Shown here: positions 8,356 through 18,539 of the stretch, piece after piece
How the letters are laid out: each line of letters opens with the position of its first letter
Position numbering within the stretch: the first letter of the stretch is position 1
Assembly: GCA_965248905.1 (NCBI GenBank)
Contig: CBDFKS010000003.1
Span: 11,369 to 75,368, forward strand
Direction: 5' to 3'
Length of the DNA stretch: 64,000 nt
Source of the DNA: Dehalococcoidia bacterium
GTDB taxonomy: Bacteria; Chloroflexota; Dehalococcoidia; Lucifugimonadales; JAGWBF01
The notes under the pieces: generated by a model
Seen by the model: the letters and a program-made list of their open reading frames with translations, nothing else
The model's database searches: none
Told to the model about the DNA's origin: nothing
Made by a program: the position numbers and the translations under genes

Positions 8356-9375
8356 TCAGCGGTTTTGGACAGTTCTGGGTCCGAGAGATTGGGGTGAAGA
8401 AGCTCCTGGTTTGAGGGTTTCTCTGACCTCCTGATTGTACCGCCGCCGCCGGTCAAAAGTCTCTCGCTGTACCTCCTTCCTCTGGGCTAGAATTGCCTCC
8501 AGACGGCCTTCCAGCACGTCAGCCGGAGTTACAACCCTCAGCGCCTGATGATATCTTCGGTAGTTGTAGAACTCGACGAAGTCCCGGATGGCCGCCTCCA
8601 GGTCTTCCACCACCTCGTATGGCACCTGGTTAATGTCGTCTTTCAGGGTTCGGTGATATCTCTCCAGCTTCCCGTTGGTCTGAGGGTGATAGGGTGCTGC
8701 CAGGACGTGGCGAATGCCCACCACCCGCATGTACTCGCGGAAGGCCCGCGATACATAACCTGAGCCATTATCTGAGAGGAGCTTGGTCCGATCCTCCAGA
8801 GGTACATCAGTCATACCAGTAGAGTCAACAGCTTGCTGGACCACCTCTATGAGGGAGTCGGCCGTCATGTCCCGTTGCACCTTCCAGGCCAAGATGAACC
8901 GGGAGTAGTCGTCCATCACCGTCACGAGGTAGTAGTAGCCCCATCCCACTACACGGAAGTAGGAGGCATCGGTGGCCCACAGCTGGTGGGGCCCTGTGGT
9001 CTTGTGGTGGTACTCTTTGCCAGCTGCCAACTGGTATTCGATCCGTTTCACCAGACCCCCCCGTCTCAGAATACGATAGACTGTGGAGGCGGAGACCGAT
9101 AGGCCTCGGTGGTCGGTGAGCCAAGCCGCCAACTGCCGGCTTCGCCAGGTCGGCATCTCACGGGCTGCCGCCAGCACTACTGCCTCCTCTTCTGGACCCA
9201 GGCGATTCCAGGGCCTCTCAGTTCCTTCCGTACCCTCACAACTACCCTGCCGGTGCCTCCACCTCCACCAATAATACGTGCTCCTGGAAATGCCAAGCTC
9301 CCTGAGTCGCCTGTTCTTCCCTCTACCATGTCGCTCCACCTCAGCCACGACCTTCGATTGTTCCACTACGCTCAT
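8356..9375 (-). CDS. IS3-family transposase OrfB (HTH plus rve/DDE integrase core)
   Basis: WATDASYF, VMDDYSR, LLSDNGSGY, HPQTNGKLERYHRTLK. Confidence 0.85.
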   Translation of the reverse strand: MSVVEQSKVVAEVERHGRGKNRRLRELGISRSTYYWWRWRHRQGSCEGTEGTERPWNRLGPEEEAVVLAAAREMPTWRSRQLAAWLTDHRGLSVSASTVYRILRRGGLVKRIEYQLAAGKEYHHKTTGPHQLWATDASYFRVVGWGYYYLVTVMDDYSRFILAWKVQRDMTADSLIEVVQQAVDSTGMTDVPLEDRTKLLSDNGSGYVSRAFREYMRVVGIRHVLAAPYHPQTNGKLERYHRTLKDDINQVPYEVVEDLEAAIRDFVEFYNYRRYHQALRVVTPADVLEGRLEAILAQRKEVQRETFDRRRRYNQEVRETLKPGASSPQSLGPRTVQNR

Positions 9376-9776
9376 GCGCCGGTGCCGTTGTCGTGTAGGG
9401 GCGGCAGAGCTGTTTTTTTGAAGCGGTGCAACTCCAGGGACAACTCACCCACCAGCTGCTTCAGTTCACTGTTCTCCCGCTTGAGCTGCTCTATCTCTTG
9501 CCGGGTCGCATCACGCACACTGTCCCGAGTCAACCTCTCCTTCCCAGCTTCCATAAACCCCTTCGTCCAGGCGTAGTAGGAGTGGGGTTTGATTCCTTCC
9601 CGTCGGCACAGGTCATTAACGGTAGTCTCCCGTCTGAACCCCTCCAAGACGATGCGGATCTTCTCTTCAGGGGTATACTTACGGCGGGTCGCTGCACGGA
9701 CCTGACGCACGAAGCTTCGTGTCTCCTGGCTTCGCTCCTCAGCTTGACTGGCCTGATCCTCTACCTGGGTCATCAA
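9372..9776 (-). CDS. IS3-family transposase OrfA (HTH, leucine-zipper region)
   Basis: RRKYTPEEKIRIVLE..., a coiled EIEQLKRENSELKQLVGELSLE segment, and an ATGA overlap with orfB. Confidence 0.85.
   Translation of the reverse strand: MMTQVEDQASQAEERSQETRSFVRQVRAATRRKYTPEEKIRIVLEGFRRETTVNDLCRREGIKPHSYYAWTKGFMEAGKERLTRDSVRDATRQEIEQLKRENSELKQLVGELSLELHRFKKTALPPLHDNGTGA
9413..9419 (-). promoter_or_regulatory. A7 run, candidate -1 frameshift or transcriptional-slippage site producing OrfAB
   Basis: ttcAAAAAAAcag lies 50 nt before the orfA stop. The -1 frame is open from here into orfB (..FKKNSSAAPTRQRHRRMSVVEQ..). Confidence 0.45.
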
Positions 9777-9973
9777 TGACTCCTTTCACTTAGGGTTAAT
9801 CTACCCCTCTGAAGGAGCCTCTACCACCCCCAACCTCCTCGGTTTTCTAGGCCTCAATAGTGTCCAATTGCGCTGACACCCTACACTACAGGGACTAGAA
9901 CAGCTGGCACTCCAGCGCTTGTGATCGATAGTATGGCTGATTTGGCATCAGCAATTGAGATGAACCAGATAGC

Positions 9974-9994
9974 GTCCTGAGATAATCACAGGAC
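9974..9994. promoter_or_regulatory. 21-bp palindrome GTCCTGAGATAATCACAGGAC (candidate operator), upstream of the DUF1330 gene
   Basis: An inverted repeat read directly. A near-identical site lies at 11788-11808. Confidence 0.4.
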
Positions 9995-10055
9995 ACCACC
10001 CAATAATCACCTGGGGCAATTTCGCGAAGAGACTAAACAGGTACAGGAGGTTAAC

Positions 10056-10346
10056 ATGGCAGGGTACGTCATAGGCGCCGCACAGAATGTAAACGACCCG
10101 GCAGGGTTCGCAGAGTATCAACAGCTGGCCGTCTCTACACTCCAGCAGTATGGGGGCAAGATTGTGGTAGGCAGCAACAAAATTGAAGTGGCCGATGGGA
10201 CCTGGTGTCCGTCTGGCATGGTCGTGATTGAGTTCGAAAGCTTAGAGCGCGCCAAGCAATGGTACAACTCGCCGGAATACAGCTCTGTTAAACCGCGGCG
10301 TTTTCAGACGGCTGACACCGGTATAATCTTCGTCGATGGAGCGTGA
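10056..10346 (+). CDS. DUF1330 domain protein
   Basis: A 96-aa protein with the ..FAEYQQ...YGGK....EFES.E.A..WYNSPEY.. pattern typical of DUF1330, preceded by the RBS aggagg. Confidence 0.7.
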   Translation: MAGYVIGAAQNVNDPAGFAEYQQLAVSTLQQYGGKIVVGSNKIEVADGTWCPSGMVVIEFESLERAKQWYNSPEYSSVKPRRFQTADTGIIFVDGA

Positions 10347-10463
10347 TTCACACGCTCAGTGGCATCTGTGCCCCTGTACTCTTGGGCTACGACCCAGACC
10401 AAGAACTATCAGGGGGAGATTTTGCGATGCGAGTAAGATGGGCGGCGTAATCAAGGAAGGAGG

Positions 10464-11393
10464 GTGGCGGTGGACAAACCGATGAGCGATCTGGGTTTAA
10501 TGACCCCCCATTTGGAGCATCAGTATGTTGAAACGAACGGGATTAGATTGCATGTCGTGCAAGCCGGCCCTGAAGATGGTCCGTTGGTGATTTTGCTCCA
10601 TGGCTTTCCAGAGTTCTGGTATGGTTGGCGGCATCAGATTCTACATTTAGCAAACGCCGGTTACCGAATATGGGTTCCTGACCAACGGGGTTATAACTTA
10701 AGTGATAAACCTAGAGGAATACGTGCTTATCATGTTGATAAACTGGCAGCAGATGTGATCGGCCTCATTGATGCTACTGGTCGCCAAAGAGTCTTCTTGA
10801 TCGGCCATGACTGGGGAGCTGGTATTGCCTGGTGGCTAGCCAGCAAATACGCCGACCGACTGGAGCGTCTTGTTATTCTGAACGTTCCCCACAGCCATGT
10901 TATGCGAAGGAACCTACGCCAGAATCCTGCACAACTGCTTAAAAGCTGGTACATATTCTTCTTCCAGATTCCCTGGTTACCTGAGACAATTGCGCGCTTG
11001 GGTAATTGGCAAATGCTGATGCAGGCTTTACAGCGTAGTAGTCGGCCGGGCACCTTTACAGATGCCGATATTGAACTCTACCGGCAAGCTTGGTCCCAAC
11101 CTGGCGCTTACACGTCTATGTTGAATTGGTATCGAGCCATGGCACAAAAGCAGCCCAAGGCATCAGCGAACCCGCGTATCGCTGTGCCGACCTTGCTTAT
11201 CTGGGGGGCCAAAGACATGTTCCTGGGCCGGGAAATGGCCCAACCGAGCATTGACTTATGCGATGATGGCCGTCTCGTGTTGATGGAAGAAGCCACTCAC
11301 TGGGTACAGCATGAAGAGCCAAGTCGTGTCAACGAGTTGATAGACAATTTCCTGCGTGGGTCTAGTGAAAAGCTGGAGACTTCTCAGACTTGA
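10464..11393 (+). CDS. Alpha/beta hydrolase, epoxide-hydrolase-like
   Basis: [13 protein letters not shown], the nucleophile elbow [14 protein letters not shown] and a C-terminal H in ATHWVQHE. The start could be GTG 10464 or GTG 10470. Confidence 0.8.
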   Translation: MAVDKPMSDLGLMTPHLEHQYVETNGIRLHVVQAGPEDGPLVILLHGFPEFWYGWRHQILHLANAGYRIWVPDQRGYNLSDKPRGIRAYHVDKLAADVIGLIDATGRQRVFLIGHDWGAGIAWWLASKYADRLERLVILNVPHSHVMRRNLRQNPAQLLKSWYIFFFQIPWLPETIARLGNWQMLMQALQRSSRPGTFTDADIELYRQAWSQPGAYTSMLNWYRAMAQKQPKASANPRIAVPTLLIWGAKDMFLGREMAQPSIDLCDDGRLVLMEEATHWVQHEEPSRVNELIDNFLRGSSEKLETSQT

Positions 11394-11787
11394 GATAGCA
11401 TCGGATAGAAAACTGAGGGAAACACGCCATACGTACTACTTCACTCAGTGCGCTCCCTTAGGTCGTGCACTATGTGTATGCCTGACGCATTAGCCAAAGT
11501 GGTATTTTCTGACGCAGCACAGACAAGGTGGCGCAGCATCTCACCAGGGTGGGAAATGTAGTATAAGACTAAGGCCGCCGCAATCCGATACCTAAGACAT
11601 ACTCTAGCAGGACTTTTCATGGGCAGCGTTGGAAACTCTTTGATAAAAAGGATATCTCCCGAAGAAGTGAGCCGCAAGCTTGAAAGCTTTTACACATACA
11701 AAGACCTGACTGCCGAATTCGCCAAGGCGGCCATCAATCGGCTAGTAGGCAGGCGGAGATTTCCCTTCCGGGCCGGGGTTTGATGGT

Positions 11788-11808
11788 GTCCTGGGATAAT
11801 CTCAGGAC
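11788..11808. promoter_or_regulatory. 21-bp palindrome GTCCTGGGATAATCTCAGGAC (second copy of the candidate operator)
   Basis: Read directly. It lies 73 nt upstream of the hydrolase start codon at 11881. Confidence 0.4.
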
Positions 11809-11880
11809 ATTACCATGAACCAGGAGTCAGCCATTTTACCTAGGGATCGGCGGTGTAATCATAGGGAAGGTGGGTATACG

Positions 11881-12792
11881 ATGGACAAACCGATGAGCGA
11901 TCTGGGCTTGAAAGCTGAAGCATATCCCGTCAACTGGATAAATAGGCAAGAGTACCCATTTCAGTCCCGCTTCCTGGAGCTGGAAATGGGGAGGATGCAC
12001 TATGTTGACGAGGGCCAGGGCAGGCCCATCGTTATGGTACACGGCACTCCCACCTGGTCTTTTCTATATCGACATCTCGTTAAGGGGCTGTCTCCAGGAT
12101 ACAGATGTGTTGCTATGGACCACATGGGGTTCGGATTGTCCGACAAGCCCGAAGACTGGTCTTACCTGCCCAAAGACCATGCCCAAAATGTGGATTCCCT
12201 GATTGAAACCCTGGGGCTGGAGGATATCACCCTTGTGGTCCATGACCTTGGTGGGCCTATAGGGCTGTATTACGCCGTAAACAATCCTGAAAAGGTTGCC
12301 CGCCTCATCATCGTCAACACATTCATGTGGACGACGAGAGGAGAGCTGCGCTTTCAGCTGGGCGGCAGGTTTCTGGGGAGTCCTGTTGGCAAGTTCCTGT
12401 ATAAGTATTTCAGCTTCTCCACCAATGTAATGATGAAATCCATTGGGTCGAAGCTGGCAAAACCCATCCATGCCCATTATACAGGCCCATTCCCCACGCC
12501 GAAGAGCCGGAAGGCCACATGGATCATTGCCAGAGAGCTTCTCGGCTCCAGCGACTGGTACGACAGCCTATGGCAGCAGAGGGAGAGGATCAAGGACAAG
12601 CCAGCTCTGATTTTATGAGGAACGAAGGATACAGCCTTTAGGGCAAACCACCTTGCCAGGTGGATGGACCTCTTCACAAATGCCAGAACAGTTCAGTTCC
12701 ATGATGCGGGGCACTTCGTTCAAGAAGACAAAGGCAATGAGCTATGCTCAATCATCGAAGAGTTTCTGGATAGTACCACCAGGCCAAGCTAA
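11881..12792 (+). pseudogene. Haloalkane-dehalogenase-like alpha/beta hydrolase interrupted by an in-frame TGA (12616-12618) at the conserved Trp position
   Basis: HGTPTWSFLYRH and the VHDLGGP elbow. After KPALIL-TGA the same frame continues GTKDTAFRANHL...FHDAGHFVQEDKG...* to TAA at 12790-12792, which carries the catalytic-His region. Confidence 0.7.
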
Positions 12793-12874
12793 ACAGGGCA
12801 GGAGCTAATCTAGTATGCTACCACACTGAATCAGATGGGTGGTGGCGAACTAGAGATCGCGATCTTGTAGAACC

Positions 12875-15800
12875 CTACGTGCCGTTCAGATACTCGTCCG
12901 TGCACTTAATGCTGTAGGGCTTGCCCTGAGCTTGTCGAAGAGTGTCCAGGCCCACGAGCAGGCTTTCCGCTGCGGCATGGGCAGTGTCCAGAGAGATGAA
13001 GCAAGGAATTCGCCGCTCCACCGCCGCCCTTCGTATGTAGAACCCATCTCTGAGAACTGAGCTGGATTCGGTGACCGTATTCACCACTCCGCTCACAAGC
13101 CCATCGTTTATGATGTCCACAACGTTGGGGTGGCCCTCGCTCAGCTTCTTGGTGATCATGGTCACAGGCTCCCCCATTGCTTGTATCATAGCTGCAGTAC
13201 CTTCGGTGGCATAAAGCTTACAACCTGCCTGGACAAGCTCCCTGATCAGCGGCACGGATTCGGCCTTGTCCTTGTCCGCTATGCTCAACAGGACACCGCC
13301 CTCGGCCTTCAAAGTCAGGTTCGCCGCGATTAGCGCCTTGGTCAGTGCGGACGAGAAGTCATGGTCCACGCCCATCACTTCCCCTGTGGACTTCATTTCG
13401 GGACCCATGAACCAGTCAACACCTGTGAGCTTGGACATCGAGAAAACAGGAGCCTTGATACCAACTATCTTCTGCTTCTTCCAGAGGCCGCCACCATACC
13501 CCAACTCTTTCAAGGTCCTGCCATGCATAACCCGAGTGGCTAGGTTTACCACCGGCACACCTGTGACCTTGGATATGAAGGGGATCGTGCGGCTGGCTCG
13601 CGGATTGACCTCAAGAACATAGACGGAGGTGGCGTCGGAATCGTCCCTGGGAAACCGTGGACTCCTATATGGAGCACCACCGAGGATAACAAACTGCACA
13701 TTCATTAGACCCCGTACCTCTAAAGCCAATCCAATGCGCGTCGTATAGTCGACAATGGTGGCTACCTCTTCCTCCGAGAGATTCAGCCCCGGATAGATGG
13801 CCATAGAGTCACCGCTATGCACCCCGGCGCGCTCGATGTGCTCTATTATCCCCGGTACGAGGACATTGGAGCCATCACAAATAGCGTCCACCTCGCACTC
13901 TTTGCCTTCCATATATTTATCGATAAGGACAGGCTTCTGGTCCATGTACTCGTCGATGTTGACGCGTTTTCCCTGTATCAGCTTTCCCTGGGCCACTTCA
14001 GCCGCCATGGTCAGATAACGAATGACCTCGGTGGCGTTCTGCACAATCTCCATAGCAGTGCCACCCAATACGTAGCTGGGACGCACTACCACCGGATACC
14101 CAATATCTTGGGCCACCCGGAGAGCGTCCTCGACGGAGGTGACCGCGGCCCCGGGAGGTTGGGGTATCCCAATCCGGTCCATAAACTCTTCGAACTTGTG
14201 CCTGTCGGAAGCGATGTCTATAGCCTCAGCCGCGGAGCCCAACAATGGCAATCCGGCCTGAGCAAGGCTCTGAGAAAGGTTGATCCCCGTTTGTCCACCA
14301 AATTGCACGACGCAGGAAGGAGGTATGTCGCCCTCAGTTTCGTTCTCTATGATGTCCCGCAGGCTTTCCTCATCCAGGGGTTCGAAGTACAGGCGATGGC
14401 TGGTATCGAAGTCGGTGGAGACCGTTTCAGGATTCGAGTTAACCATTATGCTTTTCGTGCCCTCTTCCTGAAGGGCCCAAGCCGCGTGGACGCTACAGTA
14501 ATCGAACTCAATACCTTGACCTATCCGTATCGGCCCACTTCCGATCACAATGGCTTTAGGCCCGGGGAGGGCCGGCGCCTCGTTCTCTTGCTCGTAGGTG
14601 CTGTAATAATAGGGCGTAGCTGCCTCGAACTCGGCTGCGCAGGTATCAACCATCTTATAGACGGGTGAGATATTCCAAGATTGTCTCAAGCTCCTGGCCT
14701 GTTCGGGCAGCATATCAGCAAGCACTCCCACCTGCTCGTCAGAGAAACCCAGCCGCTTTGCCTTCAGGAGTAGATCTGGATCGATGGGCTCTCCCAACAG
14801 CCTGGTCTCCATTTCGCGGATTCTATTTAGAGCATGGATGAACCAGGGGTCTATCCAGGTACGCTCGGCCAGTTCCTGAGGAGACATACCTCGACGCAAC
14901 GCATACATCGTGGTCCACAACCTGAGGTCGCTGGGTCGGAAAGCAGTGGGCTGGGTCAGGAACTCGGCGTCCCGTCTCCAGGCAGGGTCTTCCCACAACA
15001 GTGACCGGCCACCCATCTCAAGTGAGCGAACAGCCTTTTGCAGGGCAGCTTCGAAACAGCGATCGATGGCCATTACCTCCCCAGTGGCCTTCATTTGGGT
15101 AGTAATGTTCCTATCTCCACTGGGGAATTTATCGAAAGGCCAGCGAGGTATTTTCACGACACAATAGTCCAGGGCTGGCTCAAAAGCAGCGAGGGTCCTG
15201 CCGGTCACCGTATTGGGTATCTCATCCAGACGTTTGCCGACAGCGATCTTGGCTGCCACCCTGGCAATGGGATATCCGGTGGCCTTGCTTGCCAGAGCGG
15301 AGCTACGACTTACGCGGGGGTTAACCTCGATCACATAATATGGCGCATCGGGCTCCCAGTTATAGCCAAGGGCGCTGCCCACAGTTGGATGGGGCGGCAG
15401 AGCGAACTGGATGTTGCAGCCTCCCTCGATACCCAATGCACGGATTATCCGGAGGCTGGCGGAACGTAGCATCTGGTACTCTTTGTCCGTCAGTGTCTGG
15501 CTGGGAGCCACCACGATACTGTCCCCGGTATGGACCCCCATTGGGTCCATGTTTTCCATGTTACATACGGTGATGCAGTTATCTGCGCCGTCTCGAATGA
15601 CCTCATACTCGATCTCTTTCCACCCGGCAAGAGAGCGTTCGAGAAGCACCTGACTGATGGGGCTGGCCGCAAGCCCACTGCTGACTGTTGATTGGAACTC
15701 TTCTAGGGTCAGCGCCATGCCACCACCGGTGCCGCCCAAGGTGTAGGCGGGGCGTACAACCAAGGGCAGTCCCATTTTTGCAACGGCCTCATGGGCTTCC

Positions 15801-16252
15801 TTCATTGAAGAAACGGTGGCGCTAGGTGGCTGAGGCTCACCTATGCTGGACAGTAGTGTACGGAAGAGCTCTCGATCTTCTGCGTTACGAATGGTCTGAA
15901 GTGGGGTGCCAAGCAACCTGACGTTGTATTTGTCTAACAACCCGGCGTCAGCCATGTTCACTGCCAGGTTCAGCCCAGTCTGCCCACCCAAAGTGGGCAA
16001 GATACCATCGGGGCGCTCTCTGGCGAGGACACTGTCCATCACGTCCACGGTAAGGGGCTCTATGTAAACCCTATCCGCGATGCCACGGTCGGTCATAATC
16101 GTGGCTGGGTTAGAGTTGACCAGGACGGTGACAACGCCCTCTTCTCTCAGGGCTTTGCAGGCTTGTGTGCCGGCGTAGTCGAACTCGGCTGCCTGGCCAA
16201 TGACGATGGGACCGGAGCCAATGACCAGGACCTTGCTGGGCTTTGAGGACAT
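12875..16252 (-). CDS. carB: Carbamoyl-phosphate synthase large subunit
   Basis: Two ATP-grasp halves ([24 protein letters not shown] and [23 protein letters not shown]), an MGS-like C-terminus, 1125 aa. Confidence 0.95.
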   Translation of the reverse strand: MSSKPSKVLVIGSGPIVIGQAAEFDYAGTQACKALREEGVVTVLVNSNPATIMTDRGIADRVYIEPLTVDVMDSVLARERPDGILPTLGGQTGLNLAVNMADAGLLDKYNVRLLGTPLQTIRNAEDRELFRTLLSSIGEPQPPSATVSSMKEAHEAVAKMGLPLVVRPAYTLGGTGGGMALTLEEFQSTVSSGLAASPISQVLLERSLAGWKEIEYEVIRDGADNCITVCNMENMDPMGVHTGDSIVVAPSQTLTDKEYQMLRSASLRIIRALGIEGGCNIQFALPPHPTVGSALGYNWEPDAPYYVIEVNPRVSRSSALASKATGYPIARVAAKIAVGKRLDEIPNTVTGRTLAAFEPALDYCVVKIPRWPFDKFPSGDRNITTQMKATGEVMAIDRCFEAALQKAVRSLEMGGRSLLWEDPAWRRDAEFLTQPTAFRPSDLRLWTTMYALRRGMSPQELAERTWIDPWFIHALNRIREMETRLLGEPIDPDLLLKAKRLGFSDEQVGVLADMLPEQARSLRQSWNISPVYKMVDTCAAEFEAATPYYYSTYEQENEAPALPGPKAIVIGSGPIRIGQGIEFDYCSVHAAWALQEEGTKSIMVNSNPETVSTDFDTSHRLYFEPLDEESLRDIIENETEGDIPPSCVVQFGGQTGINLSQSLAQAGLPLLGSAAEAIDIASDRHKFEEFMDRIGIPQPPGAAVTSVEDALRVAQDIGYPVVVRPSYVLGGTAMEIVQNATEVIRYLTMAAEVAQGKLIQGKRVNIDEYMDQKPVLIDKYMEGKECEVDAICDGSNVLVPGIIEHIERAGVHSGDSMAIYPGLNLSEEEVATIVDYTTRIGLALEVRGLMNVQFVILGGAPYRSPRFPRDDSDATSVYVLEVNPRASRTIPFISKVTGVPVVNLATRVMHGRTLKELGYGGGLWKKQKIVGIKAPVFSMSKLTGVDWFMGPEMKSTGEVMGVDHDFSSALTKALIAANLTLKAEGGVLLSIADKDKAESVPLIRELVQAGCKLYATEGTAAMIQAMGEPVTMITKKLSEGHPNVVDIINDGLVSGVVNTVTESSSVLRDGFYIRRAAVERRIPCFISLDTAHAAAESLLVGLDTLRQAQGKPYSIKCTDEYLNGT

Positions 16253-16335
16253 GCTTCCCCTCTACATCTCTTGGGGTATCATACCCTCTAGTATTTTAGC
16301 CCACAAGAGGGCCCTTCGATGTAGCGGGGACGTTA

Positions 16336-16749
16336 CTAAGTGACGGGTAGTTGACCCGGCAGTGAGACCAGTCCGCGACTTTGAAGGGAGTTTAGCAGTT
16401 GGAAAACGAAGCTTGAAAATAGCTTTCCGTCTTCGTCGAATTTCAACGCCTCCTCGTCGCCCCAATGTTCTCGAGGAGGTATCCTGATCTTGACGCCGCC
16501 CCCCTTCAATGACTCCACTTCCAGTACAACAACGCAGGGGGTAAGCTCGGTTGCAGTTGCCCTTTCCCAGGGTTTTATCAGAAGTTTTAGCTGAGAGCCT
16601 AGTACCCCTCTCAACGAACCTATGCGATAACCGTAACCTTCACAGGAAAATCGGGGCACTTCGGCATCTAGGAGGGAAAATATACTTTTGACATCGGTGC
16701 TGAGCTCTAGCTCAACCCCATCTTCTAGCATCAAGCGACCAAGGGACAT
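16336..16749 (-). CDS. Hypothetical protein (137 aa)
   Basis: ORF only, with no recognised motif. Confidence 0.4.
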   Translation of the reverse strand: MSLGRLMLEDGVELELSTDVKSIFSLLDAEVPRFSCEGYGYRIGSLRGVLGSQLKLLIKPWERATATELTPCVVVLEVESLKGGGVKIRIPPREHWGDEEALKFDEDGKLFSSFVFQLLNSLQSRGLVSLPGQLPVT

Positions 16750-16952
16750 CAGCAGACCTCCCGACTAGCGCAGTATAGATCGCTTCTCCCCATGTCGCTA
16801 TCCGTGAGCGACGCAGGCTGCGTAATCGCTGATTCCACCTATTTAACGCAGCCTGTGTGAACACATTTTGACTATATTCACATATTGCTTCAAGGAGTCC
16901 TAGACCGTTTTTGGAGTACTTTTGGGCTAGATCAGGTCAAACGACCGCAGCA

Positions 16953-18290
16953 TTAAGGCCGTTCCGCCCACTCTTCCTCAGTGAGACGTTCCACATACAC
17001 TGGAGGTCCAGTTTCCCTCTTTAACCTTCGTACCACGAAACTGGCTAACAAGGCCACAATAACAAGAAAAGGGAGCATGGCTATGAGCAAAGTGTTGAAG
17101 GAGGCAAATGGAACTGAATTACTCCGGTTGTTATTACTGCGACTGCTACTAGCATCGGGTCTACTTTGAGGTGAAGCCCATTCTTGGTCCAGCTCTTCAA
17201 CGTTGAACCCATAGCTGGCCATAAGGGCGGTATCGGAATCCTTGCCTTCGTTCAGACGTGCAATGAAGCCCCGAAACTTCTGGTCGCCATAGCTCTCCAA
17301 CAGGTATCCCACCACACTTTCAGCCTTGGTATAAAAGTAGCGGATGTCTGCGGGCCTGCCTGGAACGGCATCCATGTGCCTCAAGGGCAAGTAATCGGTG
17401 TCTAAACCCCTGGGAAAACTTCCATGGGCGCCTGGCTCAACATAGCTGGCGAAGCCCTCATTGACCCATGCCGGGATTACTGCCAAGGGAGAGGAGGCTG
17501 CCATGTCCAGCAATAAATGGGCAGACTCGTGGACAATAAGACCGGGATAGAGCCCCAGACCAACAAATACGCCGCGCTCAGGGTAAGCAAATCCTTGGAA
17601 AATCCCCCTTTCCGTAGTGGTCCTGCTTAGGTTAGGAAAGGCTTGGTTGGCTTCGGACCTATTGTTGTAAATGATGCCCCGGACCTGTTTATCAAGGCTC
17701 AGATCCAGGAGCTCAGCAATTTCATATAGCGAATTTTCCACCATCGAGGCCGTATCCCTAACGCGCTCCCTCGGCAGGTCGTGCCAATATAGGGTTAGCG
17801 GACCCACATTTATCGTCTGCCATCGAAACCGGCCATCCACGTAGAGAAAGGTCTCGATTTCTGTCTCCAACGTGTTGCCATCAGCATCGGTGATGGAGTA
17901 GTAATACTCCACTTCTGTACCTGGAGGCAGATAGCTGACACCCGAAATATTCAGGTTGAAGTTGGTCTCCACTCGCCGAGACGGAGTCACGTCAGGATAG
18001 GCATAGGTCCATGGCCCGGAGGGGGCTACGCGGTAATAAAGCCTGACTTCCCGTATATCGGCCTCACTCTCCACCTCCAGATTGAAATTCACGCCCACGG
18101 GAAATCGGACTTCCCTTTCGTTGGAGAGCACCTCAATGACGCCGCCGGCAGCGAAAGCGGTCGAGCTAAAGAGAGCAACAGCCGTTACTAACGAGAGAAT
18201 TACAGCGGCGAGCGTCACAGTCCGAGACACCGTGGGGCTCGATGAACTTCCTGCCAGTGATCCGTGATTCATATATTGATTATACCGCAC
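16953..18290 (-). CDS. Membrane-anchored zinc metallopeptidase-like protein (HExxH)
   Basis: An N-terminal TM/signal segment, IVHESAHLLLD (HExxH) and a C-terminal TM helix (LLIAMLPFLVIVALLASFVV). Confidence 0.6.
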   Translation of the reverse strand: MRYNQYMNHGSLAGSSSSPTVSRTVTLAAVILSLVTAVALFSSTAFAAGGVIEVLSNEREVRFPVGVNFNLEVESEADIREVRLYYRVAPSGPWTYAYPDVTPSRRVETNFNLNISGVSYLPPGTEVEYYYSITDADGNTLETEIETFLYVDGRFRWQTINVGPLTLYWHDLPRERVRDTASMVENSLYEIAELLDLSLDKQVRGIIYNNRSEANQAFPNLSRTTTERGIFQGFAYPERGVFVGLGLYPGLIVHESAHLLLDMAASSPLAVIPAWVNEGFASYVEPGAHGSFPRGLDTDYLPLRHMDAVPGRPADIRYFYTKAESVVGYLLESYGDQKFRGFIARLNEGKDSDTALMASYGFNVEELDQEWASPQSRPDASSSRSNNNRSNSVPFASFNTLLIAMLPFLVIVALLASFVVRRLKRETGPPVYVERLTEEEWAERP

Positions 18291-18539
18291 TGCACACTTA
18301 GCTGGCTAAAAACCATCCTCCACTGCCACGTTATGGTGCTGCCAACTCCAATCTCCCAATACTTTGAGTCACCTCGAGTTAACGTAAGTCTCCTTTAATA
18401 TCGAATACGTATATAGGTAAAGATGGGTTCTGATTCTGCGTGCAGATTGGTGCATCGTATTAATCGACAGTTACAGAGTTGCAAAACAGCAAGCTAAGGG
18501 TTAACTTATAGCTAAAATCCCCCGTTAGGAGAGAACACC

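Larger units (their letters stand above)
8347..9885 (-). mobile_element. IS3-family insertion sequence (about 1.54 kb)
   Basis: orfA and orfB overlap. The imperfect terminal IRs are TGTTGGGTGTCAGCGGTTTTGGACA (left) against the reverse complement of the right end, TGTAGGGTGTCAGCGCAATTGGACA. No clean target duplication was seen. Confidence 0.75.

Noticed and set aside
11619-11783. 54-codon plus-strand ORF (MGSVGNSLIKRISPEEVSRKLESFYTYKDLTAEFAKAAINRLVG...) in the 420-bp gap before hydrolase B, competing with the minus-strand ORF 11441..11677.
   Set aside because: It is plausible as a small protein or gene remnant, but it has no RBS, no motif and no comparative data, so I cannot support it as a feature.
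12616-12618. The TGA in the dehalogenase-like gene read as selenocysteine or as evidence for a UGA=Trp/Gly genetic code.
   Set aside because: The codon aligns with Trp of LLIWGAKD in the paralogue. Many genes in the window clearly terminate at TGA (for example 11393 and 35245), and only a weak 5-bp hairpin follows. A nonsense mutation or sequencing error is the simpler reading. It is kept as a finding, but not as recoding.
13817-14668. 283-aa plus-strand ORF inside carB, together with similar long antisense ORFs at 49467..50294, 34409..35041 and 42736..43389.
   Set aside because: All are antisense to strongly supported genes, which is typical of GC-rich frames lacking stops.
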